A stretch of DNA of 35,199 bases from a bacterium (lineage in GTDB: Bacteria > DUMJ01), in the NCBI GenBank assembly GCA_049970495.1, contig JBMFMV010000010.1, forward strand, positions 1 through 35,199, in the 5' to 3' direction. Both the position numbers and the translations under genes were made by a program. The notes under the pieces are model-generated. The model was given only the letters and a program-made list of their open reading frames with translations, did not search any database and was not told where the DNA came from. Shown here piece after piece: positions 20,747 to 31,007 of this stretch. Positions within the stretch are counted from its first letter, which is position 1. Every line of letters begins with the position of its first letter.

Positions 20747-22796
20747 CTTTATCCTCACTCCATTTATATGATGTAAACTTAAAGATCTTATCTAGAGTAA
20801 CTAAGAGTGCTGGCAGTAAAAACATAACAATTAAAAAACTCAATAATCCTCCTCTAGCAAGGCTTCCCATAGTAAGCTTTATCAATTTTATATTACTCAA
20901 GATACTGGCAGGTAAGTTCATAAGTATCATAGTTCCAACACTAGTTATTATAGAATGAGCACCCCAATATACCGATTTATCTATCGAATCTATAGGACTA
21001 CTTCCATTTCTCCTCTCCTCCTGGTATCTACTAGTCAGAAGGATAGCATAATCAATCGTTGCCCCAAGTTGTATAGTACCCAAAATGGAGGGGATAAAAA
21101 ACGGCATGGGATTATTAAAGATATAATAGTAGCCTATATTTAACCAGATAGCCGATTGTATTACAAGGGTAAGGACAAGAGGAACTGACATAGACAAGAA
21201 ACCTATTGCCACTATAAATATTATTAGCCAAAAAGAAATACGAGTGGTCATGCGCTGGTCATTAAAGGAGATATCTCTTATATCGGTTAGAAGGACAGAT
21301 TCTCCTGTCAGATATGCATCTCCATTTACCTTTTCTACTAAAATTCTATTTATAGATTCTTTAAGTTTTAACCCCTTTTCTTCGCCCAATCTATATTTTA
21401 TTGAAACTGAAGCAAATGTATAACCATTATTTCTAAACCTATTTATAAGAGATTCTGGGATTAATTCCTCAGGTAGAGCAGGGTCTAAGACAGTAGAGTA
21501 ATGCATCACGGTCTTTACTCCATCTAACTTCTTAATACTTGAAAGTGCATCAGAAAAACCTACCGTATTTTCCTTTGCCACTATAAGTACACTTTCAGTC
21601 CTACCAAAGATTTCATTAACCTTATTCATCGTACTTACTGATGGGATATCTTTGGGCAAGAATATATTTATATCGAAAACCGGCTCTGTCTTACTGTTTG
21701 TATAAAAAGAGAATATAAGTAAAAGTATAAAGATGATAGAGAAGACATAGGAGTATCTTCCAATAAATCTACCTAATCTTCCAACACCTAAAGGAATTAC
21801 TCTACGTCTTTTATTAGCAATAAGTTTATCGAATAAGAGTAGAAGAGAGGGGAAAAATGTCAAAATAACGATAAGGGATATAAATACCCCTCTTACCAAG
21901 ATCCACCCCATTATGCTATAAAGGGTAAGCCTACCAAATGTGAGTGCAAAGAATCCTGCTATTGTAGTCAAAGAACTCAGAGATATTGGTTTAAATGAAG
22001 ATACAATAGCATTTACCATAGCAGTTTCCTTATCTTTTACAGACCTTTCTTCTTCGTATCTGTGGTAGAGGAAGAGAGCATAATCTAATGTTACTGCTAC
22101 CTGGAGTATAGCTACTATAGTGTCCATCAGAAAGTAAAGAGATTTACCTGATAAGGCTGTAATTGCCGAGTTTATCAAAACCCCAACCACCATAGATACC
22201 ACTATAAGGATAGGGATTATAGCGCTGGGGAAGGACAAAAATAAGAATATAGCTACAAAGAGAATACCAAGAGAGAAGTATATAATAGTAGAATTCTTAA
22301 AGTAATTCTCCATATCATATGAGATCACCTCAGTTCCAGTAAGCCCCGCCCAACTAGGCAGTATTTCTTTTATCTCTTCTATTTGCTTTTTATATGAATT
22401 GGCAGATTTTAGAGTTATATTAATCTTATAAAAACCATCCTTATACCAAAAGTCTGAATTTCTGTTCCATGTCTCTTCAGGATAAGCAAGGTCTTGATTA
22501 TTACCCAACCAACTTATAGATATAATATAGGGTAAAGATTCCAATCTCTTAACTAATCTATCTATCTCTTCTATATTATCCATTTTGCATAGAATTGTAA
22601 ATTCTGGGCCCTTAGATATCTTCTCCGAAAGGAACTTAAGTCCAGTCAAAGACTTAATATTTGAAGGTAATATATCGAAAATACTATAGGACAACTTTCT
22701 TTTCGGCATAATTAATATAGAGATAAGGATCAAAAGGAGAAAAATTATTATTACATAGACTCTCCTTTTTACAATAAACCCTGCTACTAGATCCAT
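20733..22796 (-). CDS. MMPL/RND family transporter
   Basis: Duplicated TM repeats with AVTLDYALFLYHRYEEE and GATIDYAILLTSRYQEE; GGTGA RBS 5 nt before ATG 22796. Confidence 0.9.
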   Translation of the reverse strand: MDLVAGFIVKRRVYVIIIFLLLILISILIMPKRKLSYSIFDILPSNIKSLTGLKFLSEKISKGPEFTILCKMDNIEEIDRLVKRLESLPYIISISWLGNNQDLAYPEETWNRNSDFWYKDGFYKINITLKSANSYKKQIEEIKEILPSWAGLTGTEVISYDMENYFKNSTIIYFSLGILFVAIFLFLSFPSAIIPILIVVSMVVGVLINSAITALSGKSLYFLMDTIVAILQVAVTLDYALFLYHRYEEERSVKDKETAMVNAIVSSFKPISLSSLTTIAGFFALTFGRLTLYSIMGWILVRGVFISLIVILTFFPSLLLLFDKLIANKRRRVIPLGVGRLGRFIGRYSYVFSIIFILLLIFSFYTNSKTEPVFDINIFLPKDIPSVSTMNKVNEIFGRTESVLIVAKENTVGFSDALSSIKKLDGVKTVMHYSTVLDPALPEELIPESLINRFRNNGYTFASVSIKYRLGEEKGLKLKESINRILVEKVNGDAYLTGESVLLTDIRDISFNDQRMTTRISFWLIIFIVAIGFLSMSVPLVLTLVIQSAIWLNIGYYYIFNNPMPFFIPSILGTIQLGATIDYAILLTSRYQEERRNGSSPIDSIDKSVYWGAHSIITSVGTMILMNLPASILSNIKLIKLTMGSLARGGLLSFLIVMFLLPALLVTLDKIFKFTSYKWSEDKDEKV

Positions 22797-22797
22797 A

Positions 22798-23343
22798 CTA
22801 CTCACCACTTAAACCAAACCATATTTTCTTACTTAACTCGTAAGAACTTGGAACCTCTTCTTTAAATATAAACCTTGCCCAAAAGGTTATTATAGTCCCT
22901 AATAATACAACAATATCGCTCTCATCACAAGAGCCCTTCAATTTAGTTATAAACTCTCGTAGTCGTTCTTCTATTAATCTACTAAATGAAATGGTAAGTC
23001 TTTCCCTTGTCTGTATCGGGGCAAAACTTACCTCTCTAACAAGGGTAAATATATTAGAAGAATGCTCTTTAGCTAAATCTAAATTTAGATCGAAGAAGAC
23101 TTCAAGAAATTCCAGAGGTTTCCCCTTCTTGTTCTCTAGAATATGAGAAAATTTCCTACTAACCTCCTCCAAAAAGAGATGAATAATTTCATTAAGAAGA
23201 CTCTCCTTAGAATGAAAATATGTATAAAAACTCCCCTTAGAGATACCAGCAAGTTTAGTGATCTCTTCTACAGAGGTCGCACTAAATCCCTTTTCAAGAA
23301 ATAATTTTAAAGCTGAATTCAGAATATCTTCTCTCTTTCCCAA
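22798..23343 (-). CDS. TetR/AcrR family transcriptional regulator
   Basis: KGFSATSVEEITKLAGISKGSFYTYFHSKE HTH; GGAGG RBS precedes TTG 23343. Confidence 0.92.
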   Translation of the reverse strand: MGKREDILNSALKLFLEKGFSATSVEEITKLAGISKGSFYTYFHSKESLLNEIIHLFLEEVSRKFSHILENKKGKPLEFLEVFFDLNLDLAKEHSSNIFTLVREVSFAPIQTRERLTISFSRLIEERLREFITKLKGSCDESDIVVLLGTIITFWARFIFKEEVPSSYELSKKIWFGLSGE

Positions 23344-23355
23344 GTCATCTCCTCC

Positions 23356-23371
23356 GACTGACTGGTTAGTC
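23356..23371. promoter_or_regulatory. Probable TetR operator
   Basis: GACTGAC-TG-GTTAGTC near-perfect palindrome between the extended -10 (TGtTATAAT 23387-23379) and the tetR RBS. Confidence 0.65.
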
Positions 23372-23442
23372 AATTATAATTATAACATTAAAGTCAACAG
23401 AATCCTCCCAAAAATGATTACAACCTCAGCATTGCCATATAC

Positions 23443-23471
23443 TTGACTTTTTTAATTAAAAATATTAAATT
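23443..23471 (+). promoter_or_regulatory. Promoter of the mtaB-like gene
   Basis: TTGACT-N17-TAAATT. Confidence 0.5.
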
Positions 23472-23500
23472 AATAGAAAAATTATGTGAGGAGGGAAAAG

Positions 23501-24883
23501 ATGAAAAGAAATTTCACAGAGTTAAGTTATAACTCTAGTACCGAGTTAGTCTTTGGTGTTGCCAAGAATCCTATAGAGATGTCCAACGGTATGGTTATTG
23601 GTGGTGGAGAGGTTTATCCAGAGATAAACTTTACTCTTCCTCCTATAACAATAAATAAAGAGAGTATGCCTGAGGTTATAGAACAGTATAAGCAGATGAT
23701 AAATGGGGTCTGTAAAAGAGCAGTAGAACTTTATTCCCCAGGTATTGTTGTAGAAATTGAACTACTTCCAGAGATGACTGTAAATCCACAGTGGGGGATA
23801 GAGGTATGCAAAATAGTAAGAGAAATAATGTATGAATACGAGAGTAAATATCAGTTAAAGAGTGTAATGCGTATAACTCCAAATGACACAAGAGATATGG
23901 TTAGGCCACCTAAGATGCGTACGGGTAGTTATGTTGATAGGATGTTTGAAACCTTTGAAGGTTGTGCTAGATCTGGCGCAGAATTTCTCTCTATAGAGTC
24001 TACTGGTGGTAAGGAAATCAATGATGATGCTCTTTTAAATGGAGACATTAAAAAAGTAATATTGGCTCTAGGTATCTTGGGAGTAAGGGATATGGAATAT
24101 TTATGGGGTAGAATAATAGACATAGCTAATACTACAGGGGCTTATCCTGCAGGCGATAGTGCCTGCGGCTTTGCTAATACCGCTATGGTCTTGGCAGATA
24201 AAGGATTTATACCTAAGGTATTCTCTGCAGTGGTTAGAGTTGCATCTGTACCCAGAAGCTTAGTAGCTTTTGAGATGGGGGCTATAGGTCCAAGTAAAGA
24301 TTGTGCCTATGAGGGTCTATATATAAAAACTATTGCAGGTATCCCCATCTCAATAGAAGGAAAGACTAGTGCTTGTGCTCATCTAAGCCCAATAGGAAAT
24401 ATCACAATGGCAATGGCAGATCTGTGGAGTAACGAATCTGTTCAGAATATCAAACTATTAAGTGATATGGCTCCAACAGTTTATACAGAACAGCTAATTT
24501 ATGACTGTAGGCTCTTAAATGTAGCAGGGAAAAATAGAGAAGATGCATTAAGACTTAGAGACTGGTTAGTAGAGTCGGACAGTAAATTTGATCCCCAAGC
24601 ATATGTTCTAAGACCTGACGTTATATATACCATTAGTAAAGAATTAGTTAAGATAGAGAGTAATTTTTCAAGGACAAAGCTAGCTGTTCAGCTTGCTATT
24701 AATATATTAAGAAAGGCATATGAAGAAGGAAAAGTTAACATCTCTCCTCGGGAGATAAGATGGTTAGATTTAATGAATATACAATTAGAAGATATCCCTG
24801 ACGATGAGGAAAAATTCTGGCATGAGATAAAGGATGAGTTAGATATGTCTAAGTTCAACCCTAAAGAGTATGGATTGACTTAA
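23501..24883 (+). CDS. mtaB: Methanol:corrinoid methyltransferase MtaB family protein
   Basis: SIESTGGKE, AGDSACGFANTAM, GPSKDCAYE, EGKTSACAH, WSNESV and DPQAY match MtaB; GAGGAGG RBS before ATG 23501. Confidence 0.88.
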   Translation: MKRNFTELSYNSSTELVFGVAKNPIEMSNGMVIGGGEVYPEINFTLPPITINKESMPEVIEQYKQMINGVCKRAVELYSPGIVVEIELLPEMTVNPQWGIEVCKIVREIMYEYESKYQLKSVMRITPNDTRDMVRPPKMRTGSYVDRMFETFEGCARSGAEFLSIESTGGKEINDDALLNGDIKKVILALGILGVRDMEYLWGRIIDIANTTGAYPAGDSACGFANTAMVLADKGFIPKVFSAVVRVASVPRSLVAFEMGAIGPSKDCAYEGLYIKTIAGIPISIEGKTSACAHLSPIGNITMAMADLWSNESVQNIKLLSDMAPTVYTEQLIYDCRLLNVAGKNREDALRLRDWLVESDSKFDPQAYVLRPDVIYTISKELVKIESNFSRTKLAVQLAINILRKAYEEGKVNISPREIRWLDLMNIQLEDIPDDEEKFWHEIKDELDMSKFNPKEYGLT

Positions 24884-24923
24884 AGATCCAAAGTACAGAA
24901 TAGAATTACAGTAGAGTTATTAG

Positions 24924-24952
24924 TTGTAAAATCTTTAATATTATGATAAAAT
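24924..24952 (+). promoter_or_regulatory. suf operon promoter
   Basis: TTGTAA-N17-TAAAAT with TG extension. Confidence 0.6.
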
Positions 24953-24989
24953 TACTATAAATACTAGAAATTATATCAGGAGGAAGAGT

Positions 24990-25736
24990 GTGCTTAGAAT
25001 AAAGGACTTATATGTAGAAGTCGAAGGAAGGGAGATACTTAAGCAGATTAATCTTGAAATAGAAAAAGGGAAGATTTATGCAGTAATGGGACCAAATGGA
25101 ACAGGCAAAAGCACTCTGGCTTATACAATTGCTGGACATCCGAGATATAAGGTCAATAAGGGGAATATTCTTTTCAAAGGGAAAGACATAACTAATCTTT
25201 CACCAACAGAACGTGCAAGGCTTGGTATATTTTTGGCTTTTCAGTATCCGATAGGGATCCCTGGTGTTACTGTTGCCAGCTTTCTAAAAACCATCATAAA
25301 TATAAGAAAAGGAGAAAATATCTCTCTTTCTAAGTTTAATAGACTTCTTAAAGAAAAGATGAGTATTCTCGAGATTGAGGAAGACTTTGCTAGGCGTTAT
25401 CTCAATGATGGATTTAGTGGAGGAGAAAAGAAAAAGTGTGAGATCCTCCAGATGGCTCTGTTAGAACCAGATTTAGCAATTTTAGATGAAATTGATTCGG
25501 GTCTTGATGTAGATGCCTTAAAAGTTGTTGCTGAGAGTATAAAAAGAATCTTCAATAGTAATATGTCAATTATTATAATTACCCATTACAGTAGGATTTT
25601 AGATTATATAGAACCAAACTTTGTCTATGTAATGAAAAACGGCCAGATTGTAGCTTCTGGCGGAAGGGAGCTTGCTAATTTTATAGAGGAAAATGGGTAT
25701 GAATGGTTAGAGGGGGTAGACTTGAATGTTAGATAA
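24990..25736 (+). CDS. sufC: Fe-S assembly ATPase SufC
   Basis: MGPNGTGKST, FLAFQYP, GFSGGEKK, LDEIDSGLDVDAL, IITHY. Confidence 0.96.
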   Translation: MLRIKDLYVEVEGREILKQINLEIEKGKIYAVMGPNGTGKSTLAYTIAGHPRYKVNKGNILFKGKDITNLSPTERARLGIFLAFQYPIGIPGVTVASFLKTIINIRKGENISLSKFNRLLKEKMSILEIEEDFARRYLNDGFSGGEKKKCEILQMALLEPDLAILDEIDSGLDVDALKVVAESIKRIFNSNMSIIIITHYSRILDYIEPNFVYVMKNGQIVASGGRELANFIEENGYEWLEGVDLNVR

Positions 25737-27117
25737 GATAGTAGATGAATATAGATATGGATTTAAAGACCCTGAAAAGTATGTATTTAGAACTAAAAAA
25801 GGTCTTTCAAGGGAAATAGTAGAGGAGATTTCTTGGATAAAGATGGAACCAGAGTGGATGAGAAGGTTCAGATTGAATGCCTATGAAATTTTTATATCTA
25901 AGCCAATGCCATTTTGGGGACCAGATCTGTCAGATTTAGATTTTAATGACTTATATTATTATATAAAGCCGGTAGAATGAAAGGGTAACTCTTGGGAAGA
26001 TTTGCCCAGTTATATCCGTAATACATTTGAGAAGTTGGGTATACCAGAGGCGGAAAGAAGGTATCTTGCAGGTATCTCTGCTCAATATGAATCAGAATCA
26101 GTGTATAATAATCTAAAAAAAAGATGGGAGAGCCAAGGGGTAATATTTGTAGATACCGATACGGCGGTAAGGGAATACCCGGAATTAGTAAGGGAATACA
26201 TAGGGATGGTTGTGCCGCCTCAAGATAATAAATTTTCTGCTCTTAATAGTGCAGTATGGAGTGGTGGAAGTTTCATATATGTTCCTAAGGGGGTTCATGT
26301 AGATATCCCTCTCCAAGCCTATTTCAGAATAAATGCTCAAAATGCGGGACAATTTGAGAGAACACTTATTATTGCTGAAGAAGGGAGTTATCTACATTAT
26401 ATTGAAGGCTGTACTGCCCCTATCTATAGTACTTCTTCGCTACATAGTGCGGTAGTAGAGATAATAGTGAAAAAGGGAGCCAGGGTAAGATACTCTACAG
26501 TGCAAAATTGGTCTAATAATGTCTATAATCTTGTAACAAAAAGAGCCTTTGCTTATGAAGATAGTATTGTAGAGTGGATAGATGGAAATCTTGGCAGTAG
26601 AGTTAGTATGAAATATCCAAGTGTTTATCTGTATGGAAAAGGAGCTAAGGCTGAGCTCCTTAGTGTTGCTTTTGCTGGGAAGGGACAACATCAAGATGTT
26701 GGTGGGAAAGCACTACATTTTGCCCCCTATACATCTTCGAATATTATAAGCAAGTCTGTAAGTAAAGATGGTGGACGTAATAGCTATAGAGGGCTAGTTT
26801 ATATAGACTCTTTAGCAGAAGGGTCAAAGTCTAGTATAAGATGTGATGCATTAATTCTAGATGAGAATTCTCGTTCTGATACTTATCCAAACATAAAGGT
26901 AAGGAATAAAAATATATCTCTATCTCACGAAGCCTCTATAAGTAGAATTTCTGAGGAACAATTATTCTACCTAACTTCTAGAGGATTAGATAATTTAGAA
27001 GCCAATGCTTTACTTGTAAGAGGTTTTATAGAACCTATTGTGAAGGAATTCCCAATGGAATATGCTGTAGAGTTAAATAGATTAATAAAGATCCAACTAG
27101 AAGGGAGTATTGGTTAA
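25726..27117 (+). pseudogene. sufB: Fe-S assembly protein SufB, interrupted by an in-frame TGA at 25978-25980
   Basis: ORFs 25726-25980 and 26002-27117 share one frame: [33 protein letters not shown]; total 464 codons. Confidence 0.85.
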
Positions 27118-27916
27118 AGTGGAAGATAGTCTACTTATAAATATACCTAAAGGGGTAAAATTGTCACGCATAAATAATTCTAGAATTTCTCAGGTAATTA
27201 TTAATATGGAAGCTTATAGCCAATTAGTTTATATTAACCAAAGTCATATTGAGTTATTAGAGGCTCATTTAGACCATGGAGCTCACCTGTACTTTGTAAA
27301 TTTAGATAGAACAAACCATAATATTTTTGACGGAACTAGTCTTTTATTTTCCCTTAAGGAAGATGCTGTAGGAGAATTGTTCTTTGTAGATCTTCTTGAA
27401 AAGGGTATAAAAAGGGACATAAAGATATCCTTGCTAGAAAACAATGCTAGCTCTAAGATAAGGGGTATCTGCCTATTAAATGAAAATGACCTGCTCCAAT
27501 ACGATATACTACAGGAACATAAAGCTCCATTTACTAGTAGTAATCTTGTCTATAAAGGGATATTGAAGGATGATGCCAAATTGAAGTTTAAAGGGGAAAT
27601 AGTAATAGAAAAAGAGGCTAATGCTAGCGATGCCTATCAGTCGTACCACGCCTTAACTATAGGAGAAAACCCTACTTTAGAGGTAATTCCTATCTTAGAG
27701 ATTAAGAATAATGATATTAGAAGGTGTACCCATGGGACTACCATTGGAAAGATAGACGAAGAGATAGTTTTTTATATGAGTTCTAGAGGTCTAGATGAAA
27801 AAGATATACTTAGACTTATATCTAAAGGCTTTCTAGGAGACCTTATAAACGAAATCCCCATTAATTCTATCAAGGTCGAAATTCTAGAAAGTCTAGAAGG
27901 AATTTTGGAGGCTTAA
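27110..27916 (+). CDS. sufD: Fe-S assembly protein SufD (short form)
   Basis: YKGILKD, F.GEI.I, PILEI.NND..CTHG.TIG.IDEE..FYM.SRG. Confidence 0.88.
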   Translation: MVKVEDSLLINIPKGVKLSRINNSRISQVIINMEAYSQLVYINQSHIELLEAHLDHGAHLYFVNLDRTNHNIFDGTSLLFSLKEDAVGELFFVDLLEKGIKRDIKISLLENNASSKIRGICLLNENDLLQYDILQEHKAPFTSSNLVYKGILKDDAKLKFKGEIVIEKEANASDAYQSYHALTIGENPTLEVIPILEIKNNDIRRCTHGTTIGKIDEEIVFYMSSRGLDEKDILRLISKGFLGDLINEIPINSIKVEILESLEGILEA

Positions 27917-27919
27917 CAA

Positions 27920-29167
27920 TTGATGTATGATGCATATAAGATAAGAGAGGATTTTCCAATATTAAAAGAAAGAATAAATGGAAAGCCATTAGTCTATTTA
28001 GACAATTCTGCTACCACTCAGAAACCTACAACTGTGATAGAGACAATTTGTCAGTATTACAGACATTATAATGCTAATATCCATAGGAGCGTGCATTCTT
28101 TAGGTATCAGAGCTACCGAAGCTTATGAGAAGACAAGAAGAGATGTGGCAGAATTTATAAAAGCACCAAATCCAAACTGTATTATATTTACTAAAGGGAC
28201 CACCGAATCTATAAACCTTATAGCGTATAGTTGGGGGAGGAAATTTTTAGAAAGAGGGGATGAAGTTTTACTTACATTAATGGAGCATCATAGTAATATT
28301 GTCCCTTGGCAGATGTTATCTAAAGAAAGAGATATAAAGATCAAATTTGCCCCATTAAATACTGATGGGACATTAAATCTAGATGCCTTCAAAAACCTCT
28401 TAACAGAAAGGACTAAACTTGTCTCTATTACTTATGTAAGCAATGTATTAGGTGTTATTAATCCAATTAAGGATATTGTTGAACTTGCCCATAAAATAGG
28501 AGCTTTAGTCCTAGTAGATGGGGCACAAAGTGTACCCTCTATTCCTATTAATGTCCAAGACTTAGATGTAGATTTTCTAGCATTCTCCGCCCATAAGATG
28601 CTTGGACCAACTGGTGTAGGAGTACTTTATGGTAAAGAAGAGTTGTTAGATAAGATGGATCCATTCTTAGGTGGTGGAGAAATGATTAAAAGAGTGACAG
28701 AAGAGGATTTCATATGGGCAGATATTCCATATAAGTTTGAAGGTGGGACCCAAAATATAGCAGGAGTTATAGGATTCGATAAAGCAATAGAATATCTGAA
28801 TAACGTGGGGGTGGAATCTATCTATAAACACGAAAAGAGCTTAGTCTCATATGCACTCGAGAGACTTTTAGATATAGAGGGAATAACAATCTATGGACCA
28901 ATTACAAATAACTCTAGACTTAATATAATCTCCTTTAACTATAGAGATATCCATCCACATGATATCGCGACAATACTAGATAAAGAAGGGATTGCTATAA
29001 GGGCTGGACATCACTGTGCCCAGCCGCTTCATCTGGCTTTAGGTATATCTGCATCATGTAGAATTTCATTTTATCTATATAATACCCAAGAAGAGATAGA
29101 TAGATTTATAGAGGCATTGAAAAGGGTAGATAGGACATTCAAAAATGGAAATAGAAGAACTCTATAA
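27920..29167 (+). CDS. sufS: Cysteine desulfurase SufS
   Basis: YLDNSATTQKP, MEHHSN, DGAQ, SAHKMLGPTG, RAGHHCAQP. Confidence 0.96.
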   Translation: MMYDAYKIREDFPILKERINGKPLVYLDNSATTQKPTTVIETICQYYRHYNANIHRSVHSLGIRATEAYEKTRRDVAEFIKAPNPNCIIFTKGTTESINLIAYSWGRKFLERGDEVLLTLMEHHSNIVPWQMLSKERDIKIKFAPLNTDGTLNLDAFKNLLTERTKLVSITYVSNVLGVINPIKDIVELAHKIGALVLVDGAQSVPSIPINVQDLDVDFLAFSAHKMLGPTGVGVLYGKEELLDKMDPFLGGGEMIKRVTEEDFIWADIPYKFEGGTQNIAGVIGFDKAIEYLNNVGVESIYKHEKSLVSYALERLLDIEGITIYGPITNNSRLNIISFNYRDIHPHDIATILDKEGIAIRAGHHCAQPLHLALGISASCRISFYLYNTQEEIDRFIEALKRVDRTFKNGNRRTL

Positions 29168-29636
29168 AGAGATCATCCTAGACCATTACCAGAATCCAAG
29201 AAATTATGGAACCCTTGATCTGTCATCAACCTTCTATAGGGGTGCTTATCCTTTTTGTACTGCTGAAGGTGAAAATTCCCTATGTGGAGACTCTATATAT
29301 CTACAGTTTTTTGTAGAAGAAGATAGAATCGTAGATATAAAGTTTAGAGGTGAGGGGTGTGCGTTAAGTCTAGCATCTGCATCTATGATGACTGAAATGG
29401 TAAAGGGTAAGACCCTAGAAGAAGTAACTACCTTAATAAACAGAGTCAAATCGATAATAGAAGGAAAAGAAAAGTCGCAAGATGAATTAGGGGACTTTCA
29501 AGCCCTAGAGGGGGTAAAGAATTTTCCAGTAAGGATCAAGTGTGTTCTACTTGCCTGGACAGTTCTAGAGGAAGGTATAAAAGATTATAAAACAAGGATT
29601 AAAAAGGAGGGAGAAAATGGGAAAGATAGCAAATAA
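29145..29636 (+). CDS. sufU: SUF system NifU-family protein SufU
   Basis: [36 protein letters not shown]. Confidence 0.93.
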   Translation: MEIEELYKEIILDHYQNPRNYGTLDLSSTFYRGAYPFCTAEGENSLCGDSIYLQFFVEEDRIVDIKFRGEGCALSLASASMMTEMVKGKTLEEVTTLINRVKSIIEGKEKSQDELGDFQALEGVKNFPVRIKCVLLAWTVLEEGIKDYKTRIKKEGENGKDSK

Positions 29637-30540
29637 TATGACCGAGTTAATAGGTAACACGCCTCTAGTAAGACTCAATAGGATAGCTGGAGATATTAAA
29701 GCTACTCTTGTAGCTAAATTAGAATTCTATAACCCTGCAAGTAGTGTAAAAGATAGAATAGGTGTCAGTATGATAGAAGAGGCAGAAAGGACAGGAAAGA
29801 TAAATAAAGATTCAGTAATAATAGAACCAACTAGTGGGAATACTGGAATAGCCTTAGCTTGGGTCTGCGCTGTAAAGGGGTATAGATGTATCCTAGTGAT
29901 GCCAGAGACAATGAGCCTAGAAAGGAGAAAACTCCTTAAGGCTCTTGGTGCAGAGATTATTCTAACCCCGGGAGAAAAAGGTATGCGAGGAGCGGTAGAG
30001 GTAGCAGAAGATCTGGCAAAGTCTAACCCAAACTACTTTATCCCTTATCAGTTTAAAAATCCTGCCAATCCAGAGATACATAGAAAGACAACTGCAGAGG
30101 AGATATGGAGAGATACAGATGGTAAGGTAGATATAGTTGTAGCTGGTGTAGGAACTGGAGGGACCATAACAGGGGTAGCAGAGATAATTAAATCAAGAAA
30201 ACCATCTTTTAAGGCTATAGTTGTTGAGCCAGAAAAATCTCCAGTACTATCTGGGGGAAGCCCGGGACCACATAAGATTCAGGGTATAGGAGCGGGATTT
30301 ATCCCAGAAGTTTTAAATAGAGAAATAATAGATGAAGTAATAACAGTAAGTGATGAATCCGCCATAGAGACTGCCAGAAGACTTGCAAAGGAGGAAGGAA
30401 TAATTGCAGGGATATCTAGCGGGGCAGCGGTCTATGCTGGAATAGAGGTGGCAAAGCGGAAAGAAAATGAAGGTAAACTGATAGTAGTAATACTACCTGA
30501 TACTGGAGAAAGATACTTGTCTATGGGACTCTATGAGTAG
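29617..30540 (+). CDS. cysK: Cysteine synthase A
   Basis: [42 protein letters not shown]. Confidence 0.96.
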   Translation: MGKIANNMTELIGNTPLVRLNRIAGDIKATLVAKLEFYNPASSVKDRIGVSMIEEAERTGKINKDSVIIEPTSGNTGIALAWVCAVKGYRCILVMPETMSLERRKLLKALGAEIILTPGEKGMRGAVEVAEDLAKSNPNYFIPYQFKNPANPEIHRKTTAEEIWRDTDGKVDIVVAGVGTGGTITGVAEIIKSRKPSFKAIVVEPEKSPVLSGGSPGPHKIQGIGAGFIPEVLNREIIDEVITVSDESAIETARRLAKEEGIIAGISSGAAVYAGIEVAKRKENEGKLIVVILPDTGERYLSMGLYE

Positions 30541-30553
30541 AATTTTTATAGTC

Positions 30554-30582
30554 TTGACAAAGTAGTATTAAAAGAATAAAAT
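30554..30582 (+). promoter_or_regulatory. Promoter of the hemerythrin cluster
   Basis: TTGACA-N17-TAAAAT. Confidence 0.7.
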
Positions 30583-30613
30583 TAGTGCTAAATAAATTTT
30601 TCAGGAGGGAATT

Positions 30614-31006
30614 ATACCGATAAGCTGGAATAAGAACCTTGAGGTAGGAATTTCAACTGTAGATTCTCAGCACAAAAACCTTATTAATAAGCTCAATGAG
30701 TTTCTTGATGCTTGTATACAGAAAAAAGGTAAAGACGAGCTTATGGGTATGATAAAATTTCTTGAGAGTTATATAGCATTCCACTTTAAAACAGAAGAAG
30801 ATATTATACAGAGGCATAAATTTCCAGGCTATACAGCACATAAGGCTATGCACGATGATTTTATAAAAGAATTTCTAAAGATAAAAAATAGAGTTGAAGT
30901 AGAAGGAGCAACATTAGAATTAGTAAATAGTATCACTAGATTTTTAACAAGCTGGTTGGTAGAACACATATCTAAAATAGACAAACAATTAAGTAATATA
31001 ATATAG
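30614..31006 (+). CDS. Bacteriohemerythrin with ATA at the start position
   Basis: Frame extends upstream of the listed ORF: (ATA)PISWNKNLEVGISTVDSQHK...HFKTEE...HKAMH...HISKID; AGGAGG RBS at 30603-30608. Confidence 0.85.
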   Translation: MPISWNKNLEVGISTVDSQHKNLINKLNEFLDACIQKKGKDELMGMIKFLESYIAFHFKTEEDIIQRHKFPGYTAHKAMHDDFIKEFLKIKNRVEVEGATLELVNSITRFLTSWLVEHISKIDKQLSNII

Positions 31007-31007
31007 A

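Noticed and set aside
24956..24975. TATAA-N10-TTATA inverted repeat upstream of sufC as an Rrf2/Fur/PerR site
   Set aside because: Short and AT-only in an AT-rich region; cannot be assigned without comparative data.
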